From assembly GCA_049511835.1 (NCBI GenBank), contig JBEKXN010000008.1, forward strand, positions 42,090 through 106,089: DNA of 64,000 nt. The letters are read 5' to 3'. The stretch comes from Verrucomicrobiota bacterium. GTDB taxonomy: Bacteria > Verrucomicrobiota > Verrucomicrobiia > Limisphaerales > UBA11358. The notes beneath the pieces are model-generated. The model did no database searches. It was not told where the DNA came from and saw only the letters and a list, made by a program, of their open reading frames with translations. Below, one piece after another: positions 45,729 through 56,400 of this stretch. The position numbers and the translations under genes were made by a program. Positions within the stretch are counted from its first letter, which is position 1. Each line of letters begins with the position of its first letter.

Positions 45729-47129
45729 ATGCCGGAAAAATATCACATCAAAACCCAGCCGGTTCCGCCGCGGCGGCCGCGCATCGGCAAACATGGCGTG
45801 GTGGATTGGCGCGAAGACTGCGCCCGGTGTCATAACTGCGTCAAAAAAGCCTGCGTCTATGACCGCTACAAACAGGAGGTGGATTACATCCGCAATCTCA
45901 GCGACGTGGATGCGCTGTTTTTCGAGTGCATGGGGTGTTTTTCCTGCGTGCAGAATTGCACGAAGAACATCCTGTGCCTGTCCATCAATCCCGCCTACGA
46001 AAAACTCGGGAACAAATACTGGAAACCTGACATCATCAAAACGACCTGGCTTCAGGCTGAGACCGCAAAAATCCCGGTTTCGGGCGCGGGCTATCGCGGG
46101 CCGTTTTCCGGCCCGGGTTTTGATTCCATGTGGACGGACATGTCGGAAATCGTCCGGCCCACCCGCGACGGCATTCATGGACGCGAATACATCAGCACGT
46201 CGGTTGATATCGGCCGGAAGCCTTCGTATCTGTCGCTGAACGGGACCCAATCGCTCGCTAATCTGCCGCCGCTGGCTTCGCTTCCGATGCCGTTGATCAT
46301 TGATCTGAGTTCGCCGGCGCACACCTTGCCGAAGCTGGACCCGGCGATCGAACAGACCGCCGCCGGCACCGGCTTGATCGCCATCATGGATTCGCGTTAC
46401 CGGCCGGCGGACGAGGCCCACCTGAAAAACATTGCGTTTTACCTCGGCCCGGACAGTCCGCCCGTGCCGGACGCGATGCTGAAAAAGACCCGGCTGGTGG
46501 AAATTGCCGACAGCCCGGCGGTGGCGGAGCGCATCAAGGAAATCAAAAAGATCCATCCGCAAATCGTCGTCGCCATCCGCGTGGAACTGAGCACGGCGGG
46601 CATCGGGCGCGCCATCGAACTGGCCGGACAAGGCGAGGTCGAGGTGATTCACGTCGTGGCCGACGCCAACGGCAACGAATTGACGGCGCAAAAGCCGCGG
46701 TTTGTGAAGGACATGATCCGGCAGATCCACACCACGCTCATCGAGAAGGGCGTTCGGGATGAAATCACGCTCATGGCCGGCGGCGGCATCGCGCTGCCGG
46801 AACACATGGCCAAGGCCATCATCTGCGGCGCCGACCTGGTGACCATCAACCTGCCGCTGCTGGTCGCGCTGGAATGTCATCTCTGCGACAGTTGCCGGCC
46901 CGGCATGCCCTGTCCGGCCCGGCTCGAGAAAATTGACTCCCCATACGCCGTGGGCCGGATGACCAATTTGATCGCCGCGTGGCACGACCAGTTGATCGAG
47001 CTGATGGGCGCCATGGGCATGCGCGAGGCCCGCCGCCTGCGCGGCGATGTCGGCCGCGCCATGTTCTTCGAGAACCTCGAGGAGGAAACCTTCGGCAAAC
47101 TTTTCGGTGCCAGAAAGGCAGGGTTATGA
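45729..47129 (+). CDS. ferredoxin-domain plus degenerate GltB-FMN-domain-like protein (paralog A)
   Basis: Two Cys motifs, CARCHNCVKKAC and CMGCFSCVQNC. C-terminal GGGIALPEHMAKAIICGADLV...CHLCDSCRPGMPCP is like GltB domain 2, but the MSFGS and QGAKPG blocks are not visible. Confidence 0.6.
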   Translation: MPEKYHIKTQPVPPRRPRIGKHGVVDWREDCARCHNCVKKACVYDRYKQEVDYIRNLSDVDALFFECMGCFSCVQNCTKNILCLSINPAYEKLGNKYWKPDIIKTTWLQAETAKIPVSGAGYRGPFSGPGFDSMWTDMSEIVRPTRDGIHGREYISTSVDIGRKPSYLSLNGTQSLANLPPLASLPMPLIIDLSSPAHTLPKLDPAIEQTAAGTGLIAIMDSRYRPADEAHLKNIAFYLGPDSPPVPDAMLKKTRLVEIADSPAVAERIKEIKKIHPQIVVAIRVELSTAGIGRAIELAGQGEVEVIHVVADANGNELTAQKPRFVKDMIRQIHTTLIEKGVRDEITLMAGGGIALPEHMAKAIICGADLVTINLPLLVALECHLCDSCRPGMPCPARLEKIDSPYAVGRMTNLIAAWHDQLIELMGAMGMREARRLRGDVGRAMFFENLEEETFGKLFGARKAGL

Positions 47130-48685
47130 ACGTTACGAACGATATGAACGTTTTACCCGAAAATACGCTGAAGACGCGTGTGCCGCAGGAAAAAGTGGAC
47201 CGGGTCGTCAAACCCGCGCCGTCCCGCTATCGCAACGAGATCGCCAAATACATCGTCCATCGCAGCCTCGATTGCGAGCGCTGCGGCAAGTGCGTGGAGG
47301 TCTGCACCCACGGCGTCCACGTGCGGAAACCCGGCTTTGAATTTTTCGGCGAGCCCAACCATCACCTGTGCATCGGACCGGCCTGCGCAAAAAACGGGCA
47401 TTATTGCGTGGCCCAGTGCCCCAAACAGGCGCTCCAAATCCGAGAAAATCCCATGTACCGGGCGCTCGGTGATTTTCGCTGGTCGCCGGATTTGGTTTTG
47501 GCGACGTGGAAAATGGCCGAGACCGGCGAGGCGCCTTCTGAAGAATACGATTACAATTATGAGTGCGGCGATTCCGGCGGCGGCTTCGACAAGCTCCGGT
47601 TCAAATTCCCCAAGCAACCGCCGGTAAAAATCGCCGCGGACCAGATTGACACCAGCATCTCGCTGAACAAGCGCGATGATGGCCGGCCCAAGGTCAAAAT
47701 TGATGTTCCTTGGTATGGCGGTGGCATGTCGTTCGGGTCGGTCAGCAACGTGACCCAATTGTCAAAGGCCCGCGCGGCCGTGGCGTGGAACACGTTCACC
47801 TGCACCGGCGAGGGCGGTTACATGGAACGCATGCGGCCGTATGACGACCATATGATTACGCAGGTTGCCACGGGCCTTTTCGGTGTGCGCGAGGAAACCA
47901 TCCAGCGGGTGCCGATCGTGGAATTCAAGTATGCCCAGGGCGCCAAGCCCGGTCTGGGCGGCCATTTGCTCGGCGATAAAAACACCCCGGCCGTGGCCAG
48001 AATGCGCGAGACCGTCCTCGGCATATCGCTGTTTTCACCGTTCCCGTTCCATAGCGTCTATTCCATCGAAGATCACATGAAGCACATTGACTGGGTCAAG
48101 CATGTGAACCGGCGCGCCTTGATTTCAACAAAGGTTTCCACCCCCACGGACGTGGACATGGTTGCCGTGGGCAGCTATTCCGCCGGCACGCATATTGTCC
48201 ACATTGACGGCGGCTACGGCGGGACCGGCGCGGCGCCGGACATCGCCAAGAAGAACATCGCCATGCCCATCGAATACGCCATCGGCAAGGTGCACAATTT
48301 TCTCACGGATGAAGGCGTCCGCGACAAGGTGACGCTCATCGCCAGCGGCGGAATCCGCTCGGCCCACGACATCGCCAAGGCCATCGCCCTGGGCGCGGAC
48401 GGCGTGGTCGTCGGCACGGCGGAACTGGTCGCACTGGGATGTGTGCGGTGCAGCCTTTGCGCGAGCGGACGGGGTTGCCCGCGCGGCATCGCCACCACCG
48501 ATCCCGAGCTTTGCGGGAAAATGGATTTGGACTGGGGCACCCAGCGGCTGGTCAACCTTTACAGCGCCTGGCGCAAGACGCTGGTTGGAATTTTGCAGCG
48601 CCTGGGCCTCCGCAGCGTCGCCGAATTGCGCGGACGCACCGACCTTTTGATGCATTTGGATTACACCAACGAGGGCAAATCTTGA
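47126..48685 (+). CDS. archaeal-type glutamate synthase FMN-domain protein with N-terminal 2x[4Fe-4S] ferredoxin domain (paralog B)
   Basis: ORF 46979..48685 trimmed to ATG 47126 (ATGA overlap). CERCGKCVEVC, CVAQCP; GGMSFGSVS, KYAQGAKPGLGGHLLG, SPFPFHSVYSIEDH, IDGGYGGTGAAP, ASGGIRSAHDIAKAIALGAD, CVRCSLCASGRGCPRGI are canonical GltB domain-2 blocks. Confidence 0.8.
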   Translation: MNVTNDMNVLPENTLKTRVPQEKVDRVVKPAPSRYRNEIAKYIVHRSLDCERCGKCVEVCTHGVHVRKPGFEFFGEPNHHLCIGPACAKNGHYCVAQCPKQALQIRENPMYRALGDFRWSPDLVLATWKMAETGEAPSEEYDYNYECGDSGGGFDKLRFKFPKQPPVKIAADQIDTSISLNKRDDGRPKVKIDVPWYGGGMSFGSVSNVTQLSKARAAVAWNTFTCTGEGGYMERMRPYDDHMITQVATGLFGVREETIQRVPIVEFKYAQGAKPGLGGHLLGDKNTPAVARMRETVLGISLFSPFPFHSVYSIEDHMKHIDWVKHVNRRALISTKVSTPTDVDMVAVGSYSAGTHIVHIDGGYGGTGAAPDIAKKNIAMPIEYAIGKVHNFLTDEGVRDKVTLIASGGIRSAHDIAKAIALGADGVVVGTAELVALGCVRCSLCASGRGCPRGIATTDPELCGKMDLDWGTQRLVNLYSAWRKTLVGILQRLGLRSVAELRGRTDLLMHLDYTNEGKS

Positions 48686-48836
48686 CACCGCCACCAAACA
48701 ACTCCGTGCAAATGGGAACGCCGATTTCCAAATCGGCAGGCTCTGTGGTCATGAGTACGCAGGTGATGCCGGGTCGGAGCCCGGCGCTCCGGTGGCAGTG
48801 TCAAGATTCGCCCACCAACGACGTGCCGGCAAAAAA

Positions 48837-51563
48837 ATGAACAGTGAACTGATAAAACGGCTGGCCGGTTCCAGAAAACGACTGGCGGAAAGCCTCAACT
48901 ATTCTTCGGCCATCCGGAAGGAAGCGGAGGAGGGCGGCTGCGGTGTCGTCGGCTTCTGCTGCAGCGAACCGGTCGCCGGCCGGCATATTTACGAACCATC
49001 ATGCCAGATGCACAACCGCGGGAATGGCAAGGGCGGCGGCATCGCGGCGGTGGGACTCGTCCCGGAACAGCTCGGTGTCAGCCGGGAGGTGCTCGACAGC
49101 CATTACCTGCTGCACGTGGCGTTCATTGACACGAAGGTGCGCCCGGAAATCGAGGAACAATATATTACGCCGTTCTTCGACATCGCCGCCTCCGCGCAAC
49201 TCGACAAGGTCGCTGACTGGAAATCCGTGCCGGGCCTGGAGGTGTTGCCGCCCGATGTCTGCCGTTACTTTGTCCGCGTCAAGCCACCGGTGCTCGATAA
49301 GTTCATTGCGAAAAACCATCTGCAACAACTCGACCGCAGCGAGGCGGAGGACGAATTCGTCAACCAGAACAGCTTCAATCTCAATCAAAAATATTACGCG
49401 TCACTGGGCGAAAAGCGGGCCTTCGTGCTCTCGCATGGCCGGGACATCATGATCCTCAAGGTGGTCGGTTATGCCGAAGCCATCGTGAAGTATTACAAAA
49501 TCGAGGAGCTGTGCGCCCACGAATGGATTGCGCACCAACGGTTCCCCACCAAGGGCCGCGTCTGGCATCCCGGCGGCGCCCATCCGTTTGCGGCCATTGA
49601 CATGGCGCTGGTGCACAACGGCGACTTCGCCAATTACCATTCGGTGACCGAATATCTCAAACAGCGCCACATCTATCCGCAGTTCCTCACCGACACGGAA
49701 GTGTCCGCGCTGTTGTTCGACCTGCTCACCCGGACCTATCATTATCCGCTGGAGCATATCATCGAGGCGCTCGCGCCCACCACGGAACTGGACTTCGACC
49801 GGCTCGCCCCGGAGAAGCAAAAGATTTACCGGGCCATTCAAGCCACCCATATCCACGGCTCGCCCGATGGTCCGTGGTTTTTCATCATCGCCCGCAACCT
49901 GGCCCGCCAGAAGCAATTCCAGTTGATGGGCATCACCGACACCGCGATGCTCCGGCCCCAGGTGTTCGCCTTCTGCGACGGCGAAGTCCAGGTGGGTCTG
50001 ATTGCCTCGGAAAAACAGGCCATCGACGCCACGCTGTTGAGTCTCTCGAAGGATGACAAACGCATCTGCCCCGTGGCGGACCGCTACTGGAACGCGCGCG
50101 GCGGCAGCCATAACGACGGCGGAGCGTTCATTTTCAATCTCCAAAAAAATCCGGCCGGCAAAATCCGGATTTCCTGCACGGACAAATTCGGCAAACCGGT
50201 CCCCATGCCGGGTGGAACCGAGTCCTGCGATTTTTCAAGGGATGTAGCCATACAAACCGACGGTAGGAGCCGAGGTAACGAGGCTTCTCCAGGAAAATCA
50301 GAGCCTCCTCACGTCGGCTCCTACAGTCTGGAAAGCACGCTCAACGAGAAACTGGCCGCCGGCAACAGCATGACGGCCTTTGAATGGATGCGCGGCCAGC
50401 TTCCGAAATGGACATTCGACGAATTCCGCGCCGCGTGCCGGCAGATGGCCGACGCGGCAAAAGATCCCGCCAAGACCGCCACCGCCATCGAGATCTTTGC
50501 GCTGCTCAACGACCGGCACTACTCGACCGGCGCCAAGAAACGCAGCCACGTTCTGCATGTCATCCACACTGAGTTGAGCCGGCTGCTCGGCAGCCTCCCC
50601 CACATCGGTTCAAAGGATGCCGGCAAGAGCGCGTTCCGGCTCATTGATTTCGCGACGCGCGGCGATCTGCGGCCGCCGCAGGAAAACGAAACCACGCTGG
50701 TCATTGACGCCGCCCACTTCCCGCCGGAAGGCAACGACTGCGACGCCGCCCTGCTCGTGGACGCCTTCATGAAAGGCTGGCGGCATTTCATCAGCTTCAA
50801 TTGCATCGGCCAGCGTTATATCAGCTGCGGCCTCGGACCGGAAACCGCCGATGTGACCATCGAGGTTTACGGCAGCAGCGGCGATTATCTGGGTTCCGGC
50901 ATAGACGGGCTGACCATCACGGTGCATGGCAACGCCCAGGACCAGTTGGGCCAGATCATCAAAGAGGGAAAAATGGTCGTCCATGGCGACGTCGGCCAGA
51001 CGTTCATGTACGGCGCCAAAGGCGGCGCGGTCTATGTGCTCGGCAACGCGGCCGGCCGGCCGCTCATCAATTCCGTCGGCAAACCCCGCGTGGTCATCAA
51101 TGGCACCTGCCTCGACTTTCTGGCCGAGTCCTTTATGGCCGGCGACCCCAATCGCGGCGGCGGTTTCGTCATCTTGAACGGGGTCAAATTCGACGATGAA
51201 GGAAAACTGGTTCCCCTGCCCGAGCCGTATCCGGGCAGCAACCTGTTCTCGCTGGCCTCGGGCGGCGCGATTTTTGTCCGCGACCCCGGCAAGACCATGG
51301 TCAATGAGCAGTTGAACGGTGGTCAGTTTGCCAAGCTGACCGATGACGACTGGGAATTGATTCTGCCGTACCTTGAAGAAAACCAGAAACTTTTCGGCAT
51401 CACCGTTGAACAGCTTTTGACCGTGAACGGCAAACGGTTCAAGCCGTGCCAGGTCTATCGCAAGGTCATTCCCGGCAACATCAAGGCCATCGCCGCCGAG
51501 GACACCGACGATGTCATGGCTGAAGAGCTGGTTGAAGCCGAAGCCGAACTGGCCGCGAAGTAA
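48837..51563 (+). CDS. fusion of class-II (Ntn) glutamine amidotransferase-like domain and GXGXG (GltB domain 3 / FwdC-like) domain
   Basis: ORF trimmed to ATG 48837. About 37-aa pro-sequence, then CGVVGF...NRGNGKGGGIA...HQRFPTKG...HNGDFANY (GATase-2). C-terminal VYGSSGDYLGSGIDGLTITVHGNAQDQLGQIIKEGKMVVHGDVGQTFMYGAKGGAVYVLGNAGRP (GXGXG). The two halves are joined by a repeat-derived linker. Confidence 0.75.
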   Translation: MNSELIKRLAGSRKRLAESLNYSSAIRKEAEEGGCGVVGFCCSEPVAGRHIYEPSCQMHNRGNGKGGGIAAVGLVPEQLGVSREVLDSHYLLHVAFIDTKVRPEIEEQYITPFFDIAASAQLDKVADWKSVPGLEVLPPDVCRYFVRVKPPVLDKFIAKNHLQQLDRSEAEDEFVNQNSFNLNQKYYASLGEKRAFVLSHGRDIMILKVVGYAEAIVKYYKIEELCAHEWIAHQRFPTKGRVWHPGGAHPFAAIDMALVHNGDFANYHSVTEYLKQRHIYPQFLTDTEVSALLFDLLTRTYHYPLEHIIEALAPTTELDFDRLAPEKQKIYRAIQATHIHGSPDGPWFFIIARNLARQKQFQLMGITDTAMLRPQVFAFCDGEVQVGLIASEKQAIDATLLSLSKDDKRICPVADRYWNARGGSHNDGGAFIFNLQKNPAGKIRISCTDKFGKPVPMPGGTESCDFSRDVAIQTDGRSRGNEASPGKSEPPHVGSYSLESTLNEKLAAGNSMTAFEWMRGQLPKWTFDEFRAACRQMADAAKDPAKTATAIEIFALLNDRHYSTGAKKRSHVLHVIHTELSRLLGSLPHIGSKDAGKSAFRLIDFATRGDLRPPQENETTLVIDAAHFPPEGNDCDAALLVDAFMKGWRHFISFNCIGQRYISCGLGPETADVTIEVYGSSGDYLGSGIDGLTITVHGNAQDQLGQIIKEGKMVVHGDVGQTFMYGAKGGAVYVLGNAAGRPLINSVGKPRVVINGTCLDFLAESFMAGDPNRGGGFVILNGVKFDDEGKLVPLPEPYPGSNLFSLASGGAIFVRDPGKTMVNEQLNGGQFAKLTDDDWELILPYLEENQKLFGITVEQLLTVNGKRFKPCQVYRKVIPGNIKAIAAEDTDDVMAEELVEAEAELAAK
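50263..50324. repeat. REP-like inverted repeat embedded in frame in the interdomain linker of the GATase-GXGXG ORF
   Basis: GTAGGAGCCGAGGTAACGAGGCT ... AGCCTCCTCACGTCGGCTCCTAC (20 of 23 complementary), translated as ...DGRSRGNEASPGKSEPPHVGSYS... Confidence 0.6.
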
Positions 51564-51618
51564 AGAACGTAAATGCGAATAAATTCAACCATCAAGATCG
51601 CAACGCAGCGCGGGCATT

Positions 51619-51727
51619 CCCCTCGCCCCACAGCGCAGCGCGGGGAGAGGGTCAGGGAGAGGGGATTTTTTAAAACGTGCCACCTCTCCCCGGCCCTCTC
51701 CCCCAACTTCGTTGGCGGAGAGGGAGA
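51619..51727 (+). terminator. two GC-rich hairpins, the first followed by a T-run: possible internal terminator/REP between GATase-GXGXG gene and hdrC
   Basis: CCCCTC...GAGGGG-ATTTTTT (51619-51671), then CCCTCTCCCCCAAC-TTCG-TTGGCGGAGAGGGAG (51694-51726). Confidence 0.4.
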
Positions 51728-51808
51728 TCATATCGAGTACTGGTCCGAGAATATCGGCGCTCCACAATTCCTGCGATCGGCGAAATTTTTACACTCCATC
51801 GGAACCGG

Positions 51809-52396
51809 ATGGCGTCACGAAAGGCAATCACGGTGATAACCATATCGAAAAAGAAAAACGGTTCGCTGCGGAAAGCCGTCGAAGAGATTTCCGGCGTGGA
51901 CATCAGCGTCTGCTTCCAATGCAAGAAATGCTCCAGCGGTTGTCCGGTGGCCAAGCTCACCAAGTCCCGCCCTTCGGAAATCATGCGGCAACTGCATCTG
52001 GGCGCGGGCAATGAACTGCTGGAAAGTGATCTCGTCTGGATGTGCGCCTCGTGTGAGACCTGTTCCGCCCGCTGCCCGATGGGCATTGATGTGGCGGCGG
52101 TCATCGACGCGTTGCGCCGGCTGGCCCTGGCCCGGGGGGCCTCGAAGCAGAAAGGCAATGTGCCGCTGTTCAACCGCGCCTTTTTGAAAACGGTCGAAAC
52201 TTTCGGCCGCTCCTACGAAATCGGCATGATCACCGCCTACAAACTCGGCACGTGGAAATTGATGAACGACACGGAAAAATTCCCGGCCATGTTGAAGAAG
52301 GGGAAAATCGCGCTGTTGCCGCCCCGGGGCGGCGACCGGAAGACCGTGAAACGCATTTTCAAGGCCTACAAACAAAACAAAGGGGCCAAAGCATGA
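51809..52396 (+). CDS. hdrC: heterodisulfide reductase subunit C-like (2x[4Fe-4S])
   Basis: ORF trimmed to ATG 51809. CFQCKKCSSGCP and CASCETCSARCP motifs with the HdrC-like helical remainder. Confidence 0.8.
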   Translation: MASRKAITVITISKKKNGSLRKAVEEISGVDISVCFQCKKCSSGCPVAKLTKSRPSEIMRQLHLGAGNELLESDLVWMCASCETCSARCPMGIDVAAVIDALRRLALARGASKQKGNVPLFNRAFLKTVETFGRSYEIGMITAYKLGTWKLMNDTEKFPAMLKKGKIALLPPRGGDRKTVKRIFKAYKQNKGAKA

Positions 52397-53256
52397 GATA
52401 CGCCTATTATCCCGGATGCTCGGCTGAATCCACGGCCCGCGACATGCACCAGTCCACGTTGGCCGTTGCCAGGGCGCTGGGAATTGATCTGGTCGAACCC
52501 AAGGGCTGGACCTGCTGCGGCGCCACCGCCGGGCACCAGACCGACCGCTTGCTGGCCGTGTCCCTGCCCGCCGCCAATCTCACCAAGGTCCAGGACATGA
52601 AGCTGGACATGATGGTCAATTGCGCCGCCTGCTACAACCGTATGAAAGTGGCCAACCACGAAATCGCGGCTCATTCGGAAATCCGCCAGGGCGTCCGCGA
52701 AGCGCTGGACCGGGATTACGACGGCTCGGTCAAAGTCCGGCACCTGCTCGAGGTGCTCCTGGAAGATGTCGGCCTGCCGGCCATCACCAAGGCCGTCAAA
52801 CGTCCGCTGAACGGACTCAAGGTGGCCTGTTACTACGGCTGTCTGCTGGTCCGTCCGCCCAAGATTTTAAAATTTGATGACCCGGAAAATCCGACGTCGC
52901 TCGACCGGCTGGTCACCGCAATGGGCGGCACGAGCCTGGAATGGCCGTCCAAGGTCGAATGTTGCGGCGGCGGCCTGTCGCTGTCGCGCACAGACGTGGT
53001 GGTCGAACTCACGGGGTCAATCATTGACATGGCCGCCAGCGTGGGCGCCGATTGCATCGCGGTCAGCTGCCCCATGTGCCAGGTCAATCTCGATTTGCGT
53101 CAGCAGGACATCAACCGGCAGACCGGGAAGAACTATCAAATCCCGATAGTTTATATCACCCAGCTCCTCGGCCTTTGCCTCGGCATCGGCCCCGGTGATC
53201 TCGGGTTCGACAAACTGATGGTCCCGGCCACGAATGTTTTGGAGAAGGTGAAATGA
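52393..53256 (+). CDS. hdrB: heterodisulfide reductase subunit B-like (two CCG domains)
   Basis: ORF trimmed to ATG 52393 (ATGA overlap). YYPGCS...WTCCGA...CAACYNR and YYGCLLVRP...ECCGGG...CPMCQVNL. Confidence 0.85.
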   Translation: MRYAYYPGCSAESTARDMHQSTLAVARALGIDLVEPKGWTCCGATAGHQTDRLLAVSLPAANLTKVQDMKLDMMVNCAACYNRMKVANHEIAAHSEIRQGVREALDRDYDGSVKVRHLLEVLLEDVGLPAITKAVKRPLNGLKVACYYGCLLVRPPKILKFDDPENPTSLDRLVTAMGGTSLEWPSKVECCGGGLSLSRTDVVVELTGSIIDMAASVGADCIAVSCPMCQVNLDLRQQDINRQTGKNYQIPIVYITQLLGLCLGIGPGDLGFDKLMVPATNVLEKVK

Positions 53257-53289
53257 ACGCGCATAAAATTCTAACGACGCATTTGGGTT

Positions 53290-53436
53290 GGGGAGCGCGG
53301 GCGTCTCGCCCGCGGTTTTCGGCCTCTGGCCGGAAACATTTCGCACCCTGCAACCGGAACCTTTTGGTATGGCATGCCGGTGCAGTAAACAGTCGGCGGG
53401 ACACCGACTGCGGCGACCGGGACGGTCGCGCTCCCC
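53290..53436. repeat. 147-bp MITE-like element (family A) between hdrB and hdrA-like gene
   Basis: GGGGAGC-GCGGGCGTCTCGCCCGC ... GCGACCGGGACGGTCGC-GCTCCCC. Hairpin at each end, closing GGGGAGC/GCTCCCC stem. Confidence 0.65.
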
Positions 53437-53476
53437 TTCTTCAACTGAATTCGCTCCGACTTAGACAGGTCATGAT

Positions 53477-56400
53477 ATGCAGCAAACCATCATGAGTAAA
53501 TCCGACGGCAAAAAAATTGGCGCGGTGCTGGTGCAAGGCGGCGGCATTGCCGGCGTCCAGGCCTCGCTCGACCTCGCCAACAGCGGCTTCAAGGTCTATC
53601 TCGTCGAGCGCGACGGCGCCATCGGCGGCATGATGGCGCATCTGGACAAGACATTTCCGACCGGCGACTGCGCCACCTGCATCGTCTCGCCCAAACTCGT
53701 CGAATGCGCGCGGAACCTGAACATCGAAATCATGACCCTTTCGGAAGTGACCGGTCTGGAAGGCGAACCCGGTCATTTCACCGCCACGGTCAAGCGGCAT
53801 CCGCGCTATGTCATCGAGGACAAATGCACCGGTTGCAGCGAATGCACGCAGGTCTGCCCCGTGGACATTCCGGACGAGTTCAACCGTTGTCTCGGCACCC
53901 GCAAAGGCATCGCCAAACTTTACGCCCAGGCCACCCCGAACATTTTCGGCATCCTCAAAAATGGCCACTCACCCTGTAAAATGACGTGCCCGGCCCGGGT
54001 GAACGTCCAGGGTTACGTCCAGCTCATCAAGCAAAAGGAATATCTCAAGGCCGTCGAACTCGTCCGCCAGCGGAATCCGCTGTCGGCCATCTGCGGCCGC
54101 ATCTGCACCCATCCCTGCGAGTCTGAATGCATGCGGGGCAAGGCCGACGATCCCATCGCCATCCGCCTGCTGAAACGGTTCGCCTCGGACAAGGAAATGG
54201 AACTGCTGGCGGCGGGCAAACTCACCTTGCCGGAGGAAAAAACTCCCGCGCCAGACGCCAAAAAGGTGGCCGTCATCGGCGGCGGCCCGGCTGGACTCAC
54301 CGCGGCCAACGACCTGGCCGACGCCGGATTCGCCGTCACCGTCTATGAAGCGATGGCCGCCGCGGGCGGCATGCTGCGCTACGGCATTCCCGGATATCGC
54401 CTGCCCAAGAAGGTGCTCGACCACGAAATCGAAATCATCCGCCGCAAGGGCGTCAAGTTCTTCTATAACTGCCGCATTGGCCGGAACGTCACCATCGAGA
54501 CGCTCCAGTCGGTTTATGCCGCGATCTTCATTTCCGCCGGCGCCCAGAAGAGCCGCAAACTCCGCGTGGAAGGCGAGAACATCAAGGGCGTGTTGCACGG
54601 CATTGAATTTCTCCGGGACGCCGGCTCGGCCCATAAACCCGCGGTGAAAGACCGGGTGCTGGTCATCGGCGGCGGCAACGTGGCGGTGGACGTTGCCCGG
54701 ACCGCCCTGCGCCTGGGCGCAAAAAATGTCGAGATGATTTGTCTCGAACAGCGGCACGAGATGCCCGCTTACAAGGAGGAAATCGAAGCGACCCTCGCCG
54801 AAAACATCAAAATCCGAAACGGCTGGGGCCCCAAACGCATCCTCGGCAACGGCTCCGTCACCGGCATCGAGCTGAAACGTTGCACCCGGGTTTTTGACAG
54901 CCAGAAACGGTTCAGCCCGACCTTCGACGAAAACAATCTAACGACGATTGAAGCGGACCAGATTATCGTGGCCATCGGCCAGGCAGTGGATGAGGAACTG
55001 GTCAGCCACATCAAGATCCAAAACGAACGGGGCTGTTTCAAGGCCGACAAGGTCACCGGCCAGACTTCCGTGCTCAGCATTTTTGCCGGGGGCGACAATG
55101 CCTCGGGTCCCGCGTCCGTCATTGATGCCGTCGCCGCCGGCAAACGGGTCGCCGAATCCATCGAACGTTATTTGAAAGGCAAGGACCTGCTCGGCGGCCG
55201 GTTCGAGGATTCGCTTCGCCCGCTTCCGCCGGCGTTCCTGCCCACGCTCGACAAGCTGGAGAAAAAATCCCGGCCCCATGCCGCGGAACTGGCCCCGGCC
55301 AGCCGCCTGAACAATTTTGACGAGGTCGAAAAAGGACTCACCGAGGAGCAAGCCCTCGCGGAGGCCGCGCGTTGCCTGAATTGCGCGCTGTGCTCGGAAT
55401 GCAACCGGTGCGTCGAAACCTGCAAGCAGCACGCCATTGACCACGCCATGCGCGAGCAGACGGTCAAGCTCGAGGTGGGCTCGGTCATCCTGACTCCGGG
55501 TTTCAAGGAGTTCGATGCCCGGCGCAAAGGTGAATTCGGTTATGGCCGCTATGACAACGTCGTCACCAGCGTCCAGTTTGAACGGATGCTTTCCGCCGCC
55601 GGCCCGTTCGAAGGCCATGTCATCCGCCTGTCCGACGGCCGCGAGGCGAAGCGCATCGGCTGGATTCAATGCGTCGGTTCGCGCGATGCGTCGTGCGGGA
55701 ACGATTATTGTTCCTCCATCTGCTGCATGATGGCCACGAAACAGGCGCTCGTCGCCGGCGACCACGTCCACGACCTGGACGCGACGATTTTCTACATGGA
55801 CATCCGCGCCCACGGCAAGGATTTCGACCAGTATTACGAGCGCGCCCGGGCGCAGAAACACATCCATTACCTCAAGAGCATTCCGTCCCGGATTGTCCAA
55901 GTGCCCGGCAGCAAGGACCTGCGCGTTTCGTTCATTGACGAGAACAGCCGGCTGCAGCAACAAGATTTCGACCTCATCGTCCTGTCCGTGGGCATGGAAC
56001 CGGCGAACGGCCTCGCGGACCTGGCCTCCCGTCTGGACATCAAGCTCAACCAGTTCGGCTTCTGCGACACCGACCGGCTCCTGCCGCTGTCCACCTCGCG
56101 GCCCGGCGTGTTCGTCGGCGGCGCGGTGCAGGAACCCAAGGACATTCCCGAGACCGTCACCCAAGCCAGCGCCGCGGCGTCCATGGCCATGGAACTGCTC
56201 GCGCCGGCGCGCAACACGCTCATCACCAAAAAGAGTTATCCCACCGAGCATGACGTGGCTGATGAAGCCCCGCGGCTCGGCGTCTTTGTCTGTCACTGCG
56301 GCATGAATATCGCGTCGGTCGTGGACGTGGAGGCGGTGGTCAAACGCATCGAGCACGAACCGGACGTGGTTCTGGCGAACCACACCATGTTCACCTGCGC

